Positions 26,764 to 38,400 of a stretch of 64,000 nt of DNA are shown here, in pieces. Position 1 is the first letter of the stretch. Every line of letters starts with the position of its first letter. The translations under genes and the position numbers were made by a program. This DNA comes from Catajapyx aquilonaris. Its lineage: Eukaryota. Under the pieces are notes generated by a model, which saw only the letters and a program-made list of their open reading frames with translations, did not search any database and was not told the origin of the DNA. The stretch lies in the NCBI GenBank assembly GCA_000934665.2, contig KZ538451.1, positions 1-64,000 of the forward strand. The letters are read 5' to 3'.

Positions 26764-29276
26764 CCAGTTTCTAGATGATCAAAAGCAAAGCTCGTACTTG
26801 TTGACATGCTAGTGAGGGCAGAAAATGCTGCTTTGCTGGCTCACTATGAATATTTAGGAGTAAACGTACTTCACGGGGACACAGAGCATTTAAAATGCTA
26901 CTGAGTGATATAAATAATTCACCACCGCCAAAATAGTTGGTAGATTTCTCTTATGCCAAGCAAATATTTTACACGATTACAGATTATAGATGCTTACTAC
27001 TGATATTTTGATACATAAAATGTGATATGTCGCGCTGTTCACTGTGCCTGGCCACGCAACAGCTGAGTTTTCTGAGGGTTCCCAAGCCCGCATTAAGAGC
27101 TTTAACTGTTAATTAAATCAAATCACTAGGTAATTACCTTGGTCAGAGTAGCAAAACAGCGCCAGCCGAGGAAAACGTGTTTTGTCCCGGGTTTTTGGCG
27201 TTAAATGCAGTGGGAAAGGACGGGACACAGCATACTGTTGCCTTTAATGCAAGTCTACAGTGCAAAAATGGAGGCTGGGTAAATGTATGTGATTAAAGTG
27301 TTACAAGAGGGGGTTAAAGCTCCGGTCCGGTGACCACACGTCCTTCCCGCTTCAGGACGACGGTTACTCAGCCTTAATTGCTAATCCATGGCTAATGAAG
27401 TTTAGCGCCAGGTAATCGCGGTTTTTGGTCCAATTTGACCAATTTGCGCGCTCCGTTATAAGATTGCGCGCTAGAGTGATGGACAAATTAAGTGAGTCAT
27501 TAGGCTAGGATTAATTATTAGTTTGTGTTGGAGGGGGGTGTAATTTACACGTTTATTATTTTATTCGAGGGGACGGAACACCGGTAGAGCGCCAATGGTT
27601 TGTGTACGTACAAGGTGGCAGTAAAGCAATTTGCTGCTCTCTTAAGTGCTTGCCTTTTAAACCTTGATTAAATGCTAACTGAAACTTAATCTCCAGTAAT
27701 TGGCCACATTTACGTGCATTTTAATCCTAACTGATATTTTAAAGCCAATTAGCCCTTTACTGGGCTGCATAAAACCAGCCCTGACGGCCAGTTTTTTAAA
27801 GCAGGTCGAACAAAAGTAGTGATCATAATTATTATGTAGTTAGTTTATGACCTTATTTCGTTCGACAAAAAAAACTAGAAATAACTCTAGGTTTGTCTCC
27901 AACACTGTCACACCCACACACCATGTGCCGTTTCCATGCTATGGGCTTACAACCGGCCTAGTTGTTATTTACCTTTTTTTGTCCCACTCTCTCTTCCATT
28001 CAGTGTTAGGCCAGAGATATTTTTAGGAAAGCAGAAATAAATGCTTAAATAAATAATTTGGACTACAATATATATTTATTTTGAGATGTGTAACATTGCT
28101 TTTATACCACGAAGAAGCAAGAAGATTGTGTTTATCAGAGAAGCATTCTACATAGCACATAAATATCTCCATATGACTGTTCTCTTGCGTTGTCTATGAA
28201 TGGAAAAGATCAATCTGCACGAGTAAAATTATTTATGATGCCCATTGTACAATTTCATGCACATACAAGTCACGGAAAGCTTCAATTGCATGGTACCAAA
28301 AATAATTTTGCATTCGGCTTTAAAAGAAGTTGAATCTATAGAGTGGAAGTTGCGTCTAAGTCAAAAGTGTATAGTCTACCGCTATTGTAAGTCTCATTGG
28401 TTGTAGACTACTTTGTGATCTTTTAATATTTTCTTCCTCCTGGTTAGGTACATAATAAAGACGCGGTCTTTTGATGTGACATCTACATCCTAACCTATCT
28501 TAGGACTAGACTGCTGTAGCGTGGTCATCAGTTTAAAAATTTATCACTAACACGATACTGCCGGTACGCTTAAGAATGAACTAAGAAATTCCCTTCATTT
28601 CAGCTATGTTTAAGGTGGCTAATTAATTTATCAACGACCCATGTCTTTCGTAACCATACTACTGTATATTCATAGTAACCTCAGTATCAGTTTCAAAAGC
28701 CAAGTTGTCTACTTTAAAGTGCACATTATAGCATAACTACTCTAGAAACATCCCAAAATCAGGTAAATATTGCAGATAAGGCCAACCCTACACACTTATA
28801 TTCTTCAACCGATTTTGTGAGAACAGTCCTGTTCCCTTTATACATGTATTTCGGGAACGCTGAATTTAAAAAAATACTTACCCCGCTCCTGCAGTATAAG
28901 GTGCACCAATACCACAGCTGCATTTTTATGACCCCAAAACTACGCATTTAGCCCAGGGAATTACTGCAATCAGCCGCCTATAAGCGACCAACATGTAAGC
29001 AGAAAGCCCCCAACGTACTACACAATCATATTTTTTGACCCCCTATACGTGCCTTTCCCCTGATCGCCCGTGATTCGACCCCCCTACTTTTTGTTTAATT
29101 GTTTAGCCTGAATATGCATGATAATTGTTATCGATTATATTCGCCCAGCCCCACAAAAAAAACCCATTTATTCACAGCCCTGCTTCGCAAAATTTAAGTA
29201 TTCATATCTCCTCCATACAAACCCCGCCTTTGTCAGATAATTTGTTAGCAAAACATTGACTGTTGACCTTTTTCAG

Positions 29277-29454
29277 ATTGAACGTGACAGCCGGAGGGCT
29301 GAACCCATTTTGGTTCCACGTGGTCAACGTACTCCTGCACGGTCTAGTGACCTCTTTGGTGACGCTACTGGGCACGAGGACATTGCTGTTGGGTCGTGGA
29401 CCCAGCTTGGCAGCCGGGTTGCTCTTTGCGGTTCATCCGGTACACACCGAAGCG
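29277..29454 (+). CDS. TMTC1: TMTC1-like exon (first seen in window): [22 protein letters not shown]...[11 protein letters not shown]
   Basis: Acceptor ttttcag, donor gtgagt; starts phase 2, ends phase 0; family HPxHTEA motif. Confidence 0.95.
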
Positions 29455-32400
29455 GTGAGTGTTGTCCTGTCACCGGTTGTCGTCACCTGGACACCACTCG
29501 TTTTGCACTGTCGCGGACATTATCGGACTACACCCCTTTTTATGCACTTGGCTTAGCGTCAGTTTTGGCCTGTCGGAACCTTATTTTATCGTCGTTTTGC
29601 AGCGTAGGGCAGTGCCATTCACTGTCATGTTGCTATACGGCTGTGCCTTTAACGTTATAGGGGTGTCTAACGTGCATGAGTTCCTATCAACTATCAAGGC
29701 ATGTGCAGTACTTCCGGATCGAAGGTCTTCTGATCTTTACGAGGGGATATACAGAGTGGGCAATTTTACATTTCTATAGCATCCAGCTGCAGTTTATAAT
29801 TTTGCCGAAATTCTACTAAAGCCAAGCTTTACAAATGTTACTATTGTTGGTTCGCTTCAAAGAAATAAGTGCTACTTTCTGATTATCAAAGAAAAAGACA
29901 CGCAGAGTACTGCAAAATGTTCCCACGGATGTGGCAGGCAACAAATTGATGTGATTTGCAACTTTCCCGTCCATGCTTTTTCCACATGTTCGCATAAGTG
30001 TGCGTGAAACTGACTTGCGTTTTTGTGCTGTAGTTTGGTGACACGGTAGCCATGGTGTGACAAGTAATCAGAAAGCAGCTGTGATTGTCACCAGTGACTT
30101 GGAATAGGCAAACGGGCAATATTCGCTGCTAACCTTCTTGGTTTACCATGACCAGAAGACGTTTTGTTTGGTTACTGCTCTTTTGTTTTTTTCTGCACTT
30201 TCTTCCAACAGTTGAAAAAGGATAATGCAAGCATTTGATATGTCTTGCGTAGGCTACAGTAAACGGAGGCCTACCAGGGAACTCAATTTAACATTTTATT
30301 AAAGCCGAGATGGTAACGTCTCGGGTTGCTGAGTGAAAGGTCCCAGGTTCGATTCCCGCCTGGGAGTTCCCTTTCATCTGCGTCAGGAGGGTGTCTGACC
30401 TGCACCAAGGAGGTGTCTGGCAACCTAACCTCCTGGGGAACAGTACATAACCCATTTTCAGACATTGCACTTGCACCCATGTTCCCTCCCCAAAAATTCC
30501 TCTCCTTACCCTATGTCCTTGATTCCTTCCACAGGAGAGTGAACTATACAAACACTAGAAAACTGATGGTGGTGTGCCACCCCCCTATAAGGGCTTAGAG
30601 CTCTATCACGGGGTAAAATAATGACTAAAAAATAATATAAAAAATTAACAGACCATTTATTGGCCCCTCGGTAAAAAATATGCTGCTTTTGATTACTACT
30701 AATATTCAGCTTTCCCACGCTCAGGAAGGCAGCTAGAATGCTGGAGCGCGGATGATTGTTTAATCTGTCACTGATCTAAGCTTCCTACTCACAAGTTTTG
30801 AACTTCAAGGTTGAGGCACACGTACTCTGTTCAATGTTTCCTGGAGTCTTAATCCTTTGCGCTGGATCACAGAATACCAATGGTTCCCAGGAATTTTTCA
30901 GGGAGGAATGTTGCCTTGTTTCCACCATGTAATAAACCTTTTCCTAAATGCATAGCTATGAGACCGAAGCAGGTTGGCATAGTGGATAAGGCGTCCGACT
31001 GCTAATCGGGAGGTCCTGGGTTCGAATCCCGGGGCCGGCAACTCTGACCGTGGTTTTCTGTGGTTTCCCACGGTCCTTCCAGGAAAATTACGGAGTTGCT
31101 TCAGGAATTAACTGGCCACAGCCGCTTCCTTCCGTCCCTATCCTATCCCAAAAAGCGCAGTAAAATGAAAGCAAAGCGTTCCAGGCAAAACAAAACTTCC
31201 CCCCTAAAGAGCCGATAGGCTGATAACGGGGTATGAATTATTATTATTATTATTATTAATAGCTATGTAATGGAATTTAAAAATCGAGACTAAATAGTGT
31301 TACAACCGACCCCGATCTCCCTGACTTCTAACGTCTCCCCGAGTCACTTACGAATCATATGTCACCGGTCCAGGCCATTTGTGAATATGAAAAATACGGG
31401 ATGTTCTGTAATAATATCAGCGACAATAATCTAAGATGAACTCCTGGGAACCAGATGATCAATTTTCATGCAGAGGTGTTGTTTTGTCTGGCCGCATTTT
31501 CGTAACTGACATAATGGACTGCAAACACAAGGTATAAATTTAATATCCTGACCGGTATGCGTTCCTCCTCGCCTTTTCATTTAAATTTTAGGTGTTACAT
31601 TTGCAATTTCAATCTCATGCAGGCCTGTAAAACGGGCGCCTGGTGCAAAAGGGGGGTGTTCCCGTGGTAACTTAGTTCACCGCCACTTTGCTCTGGGAGC
31701 TAACATGGGAGCTTGGCGCAAGGCATCGCAAATGTCCGCAAATGTCCGCAAATGCCCCCCACACCTCCCTCGCCGACTTACTCTGGAAAATAATATATTT
31801 TGACGTCATATACGTATTGTACATCTAAAGGCAATTAGGGGGCAGACACAACCCGCAGAGGCTGGCAAGGGAGTTAGAGGTGGGCTTGCTATAGGCCATT
31901 GTGCACTGTATAACGAAGTAAAGGTGTGTAGCCGTCAAAAAATTAAAGAGGGGCCGTAATTAAGTAGCTGGGTCATTTTCATTTTTTTTTGCGCAAATCC
32001 AGATATTGTTGTGAAATATGAAACCTAAACGTCATAGTTTTTACTTATGCCACATGATTTGGAATTATCTGTAGTATTTTAATCCCATGTTGGACATGAT
32101 ATGGTCGGAGAAGTTTAATTGATATTACATATTTAACAGTAGATAGTGGCTTCCTTTGTCACTTCTGTTACCATCGTGTGGATGTTTTTTTAAACCACTG
32201 CACTGTGTACGTAATCTTGACGTTGTAATGCTCCCATACAGCGGAGAGCACCACTCTCGTGAGAGTATTATTTTTTATTTACAGGAAACATGAAATTCGG
32301 CTCAATTGTTGTGGATAGGAATGGCTGGTAACGAGAATTATTAAAATTTCACAAGGTTTCACTTACGACTCAGAGTTATGAAGCTCATGCACATAGGTGT

Positions 32401-35400
32401 AATATTTTTAAATATGTAAGGCATCTGGGAGGCTTTCACTTACTATACTTTATTTTTTTTTTTTTTAAATTACACCCTTGAAGCCTTCTGGCTTATGTAG
32501 GGGGGAGGTCTTTTCTACCATTTTCTAACTCTCCGGTGCTGGAATGGAGGGGGGGACAGTGGTGCAAGTGCAATGTCTCATGGCGGAGGCCGTGTGCAGT
32601 CCCCCAGAGGGCTAGGTTGAAAGACGACCCTCTAGGTGCGGGTAAGAGGCCTCCCACAAACGCCGCACCTCCTCCAGTACGGGGCAGGGATAGGGAAGGC
32701 AGGAAGCGGCTGTGGCCTACGATTAGGAAACAACTCCGGTATTCACCTGGGGGTGACCGTGGGAAACCACAGAAAACCACGGTCAGAGTTGCCGGCCTGG
32801 GGATTTGATCCCTGGACCTCCCGATTTGCAGCCGGATACCAAATCCCCTCAGCTACTGCTGCTTCGGTACTATACTTTAATTAACAGTACCTCATACCAC
32901 TCTAATGCTATGGTAATAAAGACTCACCTGGGTAACAGATGTGACATTTAGTAACAGATGTGACAACTCCTCATTTCAAGAAATGATGAATATGATATGG
33001 CACCATTAATGAGAGCAATGTGATTATGATCTAAATACAGTAATTATTATAGGCTGAACAGCCTAACTTCTATTTGATGTCATAGTTACATAGTATCTGC
33101 TGTTGGGAAACCATACTCACAGCACGGCCCACGACTTTGGCGTATTATTAAGCACCATAACATCCAGCACAACCATAGCTGTTGCTTATTGTTGGTGACA
33201 ATAATAGCCAACAGTCATGGGTGCTTACGAATATGCGGCTGCGATGATGAAATCAAACAGATGTTAGGCTGTTCTGCCTTATAGCATAATAGGTGTCATC
33301 ATTCACATTTGTTACCAAGCCCGTCACATGTGTTACTCTATGGTAGGTAACATAGCTACGTGACAGTAACAGACGGTGACAAATTGAATGTAGTAATTTT
33401 TTCCTCGCAGACTATTTCTTTTTATGAAAAGTTATTAGTACCTGAAGAGGTGGGACCTTAGTATGCAACAAGCTCAATTCAGCTTTGACAATTGCATGCA
33501 GTGAAATAGGATTTAAGAAGGTAACATACGTGACAGGCAGAAAAAATACGCAGCTACCTTGAGAGAAAACAGGGCCCACCTCCTCCTTGTCCAACACTCA
33601 TCTTCCAACTGACAAATGATTCCATCGCGACTGAATCTATGCTACACTTGGGCATTTTACTGCCCTATTTTGAGCTATTTCACAAGTTCCTACAAGGGTG
33701 CCAGTCAGATGGTAACAGAGTGTGACGGTGTCACGCTTCACATGCTTAAATTATTTGTAAAATTTAGTTATATGTTAAATGACAATGATAGGTATAAACT
33801 TTGTGGTATCCAATGATAACAAGAGTATAAAAAATTGGGTTCAAAAATTCGGGTACTGACACAGCTGTATGAAATTCACAAAGGACCAGCCCATGGACAC
33901 TTCTATCCCAGCGCAATAGAAAAGGCCGATCCGTTATTCCTTCCCGCAGCGGCGCTAGTAAAACAATGGAATCTCGCTGTGCGTGTCGTTCATTCGCCAT
34001 AACAACTATAGCGACGATAGCGACCCTCCTCCCGATTACTAGGTTTATCAGCGACCCCCCTCCCGATTACTACCGATCACGGTCTTAGCCGCTACCGATA
34101 GCGTATACCAAGATGGCCGCAATATGGAGATGTTCACGATCCAGGTCACATCATGGCCACCTCCAGTCAGCGCCACGGCGGGAATGAGTAACGGAACGCA
34201 AAATGGCGGCGAGTTTCCCGACCTCTCCTTCTAAGACCGTGCAAAGGACTAATCTTGCTATCGGCTTCACCTCATTTCCATACACTTTTCATCATTTCTT
34301 TATTTAGTTACTTATGACTGAATGTATTCAAATCCATGTTTTTGATATCAAATGAACACATATGAATGTCTCTTTCGCGTAAATGAAAAATTACTTGCAG
34401 GATTGGTCACAGTAGTTATTAATATTATTTTTTCTACATTGACACAGCAAATGCGCAAAAAAATGAAAATGACCCAGCTGACATAAAAATTGGTATCTGC
34501 GAACGCAATGTAACATTTCCGCCCTCTGGCTTCAATGACTCGATGAAAAAATTAGCTTATTAGACGCATAAAGTGCTTCAGAAAGAAGTCATCCCAGACT
34601 TCCAAATGATTCCACTGGTCACGCAGATGACCTTTTCCCGTCCATAAAAGAGGCACCATACCCCAGGGCAAGTCACCCTGCCCGCAACATGCTGCCCATC
34701 AGGTATTCACCCTAAAACTTGGTCGGTGTTATTAGCCTACGGATCATCCAGTACGAAATGTCGATAAGTTAAAAAATTTAATATTAATGACAACACATGA
34801 ACGTAACGGAAGCAGGCTAAAAGCTACAACTGTACGTTGACAAAACTTCTGATTACATGTGTGCCATACTGATATAAGTTAATATTTATCATAATGTTGG
34901 ACTTCCTGGAAAATAAGTGACCCTATTTATACTGTACTCTACAAGCTTTCTTACTATTATGCGACAGAGCATTACTCCAGATGATGTAGAATGTATGGCA
35001 CTCTATGCCGAAATCCTAGTGATCAAGACCTACTTTTTATTCAAATGGATGTCAAGAGAAGCTCCACAAATTCGGGATCATCTCACTGTCAGTAGTACGC
35101 TTTTGCTTTCTTTATTGCATGGTGACAATGCGAATGACACCAGGAGTATGTTGAAAAGTTAATTTAAAATAACGACTAATTGCTTGGGGAGAAGTTGGAT
35201 ACAAGATGTCACATTTTCTCAGTATTTTTTCTCAGTTTCTTCAGTATAAAAAATATATGTTTGAAACATTACCTGTTTAGGCTACACTTGATTTCTAGCT
35301 ACATTCAAGAGAGTAAGCCATATTTTGGCTCCTATTAATCACCCTACAGCACACAAAGTTTGCTAGAGAATTCGGTATCTTTGGTGAAGATAGTTCTCCT

Positions 35401-38400
35401 GATTTCAGTGTGCCCACTCAAATGCTTCATAAATCAGATTTGCATGAGCCTCAGTCTGTAAGTAACTGCACATGTGCCCATGTACAGAGCCGGTTCCTAA
35501 TTGCTGATGCAATATTAATGTTTCCGCCATAATGATGACACTGTATTAATATTTAACGCATATGTGTTAAATTACCCCAACAAATTGGACGTATCCGCAA
35601 CACATGATTGCGGCCATTATGTCCACCAGCTTGAATTCTGCATGCCCAGAGGTATTGGCCTTATTTGGGAGAAAAGGCATATTTTGGCTATATGTCCCTA
35701 AAACCCACGATTTTTTTCTATTATAGGTAGCCGGAATAACCGGGAGAGCCGACGTCCTTGCGTGCCTCTTCATGGTCCTGTCTTTCATGTTCTACACTCG
35801 GTAAGCACACCCAATGAATATTTCAGTTCCACTGCGGTCCATTAGGGGTCGGGAAGGGGGGGAGCTTTAAAAAAATGCTTTGTCCCGTCTGTCCCGGACA
35901 CATTTACGACCGCCGGCAGAGTCGGTTACCTGCAAAAGTAATAATTGCTTGCGTGCAAAAGTCCACCAAGACGCAATTCCCCGGATCCAAATAAAGCCCT
36001 GTGATGAATATGACCACAAACTTGCCTAGCCTTATTGCCCTCTCCTGTACGAGAAAGGTGGCAGGGAGGGGGAGGGGAGCTCATGAATTTTAAAGTGATC
36101 ACGTGATGGCACTGCGCATGTGGAATGTACCTAACCAGAAAATGTAAGTTGTTCTTACATTTTACAGGGCCATATATCAAGGGAGACTTTGTGAGACTTC
36201 AGCGAATGCCATTGTTTTTTCAGCTATCTTTTATATTGCAAAGGTTCCTGCATATGCAAAATGAGAAAGATTTAAGCGGATTTAAGTAGTGATGAAGAGT
36301 CTCAATTTTATTATTTTATAGAAGGTTTAATACCGTACATAACTCTGTACACATATATATCCGAGGCGGTCTATAGCAACATTTAGGACCACTTGATTCA
36401 GAGAGACCCCTAGTAAACCGTCCCAAGTTTTAAAGATATATCTCTAAAACTGTACGTGATAGAGCAAATCTGTTGCCGGATTCGGATTCAGCACCCCAAA
36501 ATCCATAAAAAGCACAAAAGTTTTCAAAAGAGCGAAAGAGTGTTTTTTTGCAGAACAGTGTAATTTTTGAACCTGTGGTTTTGGTCAATATCTCGTGAAC
36601 GGTGCGAGATATCGCAAAGATAACGACATTTAACCCCCAAAGGCCCACAACCTTTCATGTTTAGGCCGAGTAAGTGTACTCGCACACCAAAAAACGAAAA
36701 CCCGGAAGTTGCGTCACTTACGCCCCTGGCGGAGCCGCAGGATATTAACCCACATGACTCAGATTTTTACCTGTCAAGAGGATCGCCCAACACAACTTTT
36801 TTTCACTGCCGAACTACGTACAACATACTATAAGACTTTTTTCTCGAAAAAGTCTAAAAAGTGACCCACGAACCTGGAACACCCTGTATAATAACCACAG
36901 TGAAGTACAGGCCTACTGTACGAGTGCTTCGTCATCTCTACCGACCTCTATGGCACAGGACATTTTCTTTTGATATGGGCAGGCAACAAAGTTCTAATCT
37001 TCCCGGACGTGCCTGTAGAAAAAATTGGTCGAAATTTCCAACCAAGTAAAAGAGCATCCCATCATCAAACACTTAGCTGGGAAGCGGCCTACTGATGGCA
37101 AAACAAATCTGAGGGCCTCATAAAGTACCATTTTGTCACAGAAAATTGGCCTCGATATGCGAAAAAGCGTGGCTTGACTGAACCTAAGGGCCGACCTCAT
37201 ATCAGATCATAAGATTCGCTGTGCCAGGAGTAACCACTAAGGCAACTCTCTCTACCCATAATTATGTTTGATATTAATATAGCCTATGATAATCTCTGAT
37301 GGCTGGTCATACAGTGCACGAAAATTTAGCGTGCCTTCACTTTGGAGGGTGGAGAGGGGTTCTATAGGCGAGCATTTTATGAATTGGAATCGAGCTGCAA
37401 AACATAGTTACCGAGATAATGGGCTTCAGACACAACACACAAGGTATAAATATATCCTGGCAGGTATGCGTCCCTCCACGCAACCTTACCCATTTCATTT
37501 AAATTTTAGGTGTTACCACGCAATTTAATTTTAAGTTATGATCCCATTAGGTGCAGCAGGCAATGGGCTAGCGATGGAAGAGTCGTAAGCTGTATCCGCG
37601 ACATAAGATGCCATAATGCACTCTTTATTAAATTCTAATTATATTGGTAACTATGCTCAGAAGATCCACAATGCCTACACTTAAAATGATCGGCTAGAAT
37701 CATCCGCCAAAGCGAAGGCACGTTAAATTCCCGCACCATGTACATTGTATATGAATTCAAATAAGGGAACGATTTCCGATTGTGCATATTATTGATAACA
37801 CAAAGTCTCAGGTTTTCCCTTAATTTCGTTCATACAACTGGCTCTTAATCATCTGTAACTGATGCCATAGTTTCAATTTACCAATTATTACCCTTTCTGA
37901 TCAGAATCAGTACGTTTTGTTTGGGATCGTCTTATATCCAAGTAACATGGGTAATTTATTTTTCAATGAGAGGCTTTATCCTGAGAAAGTTTGCCACGGG
38001 AATATTGCGTTAGCTAATTGACTTGTAGTAAGGCACAACATCTGAGGAACTGTGATCATATGGGAGCAACCTCTCCCCATCCCCCCCTCTTGCTTTTCGG
38101 CCCTCCCCACCCAATTTGTTCTGGAGCCTGCCACCCCTAATTTGTTTCATGGCGAAGCTTCTAAAAAGTTTCAGCCCTGGCTGCCAACCAATTATCACTA
38201 ATTATAAAGTTAACGCCGTAAAAAATTTAACCACGCTCCCACCGCATGTCCACTTTTTCGTGGCGATATCTATCTGTACAATGTGACAATCTTTATTTGT
38301 TTCTTTTATGTATTCAAATGATGAATTCATATCATTTCTTGCAAGTTGCAACTTTAACTTCCTATAAACTCTACTATCACAACTTACGTAGTAACTTTGT

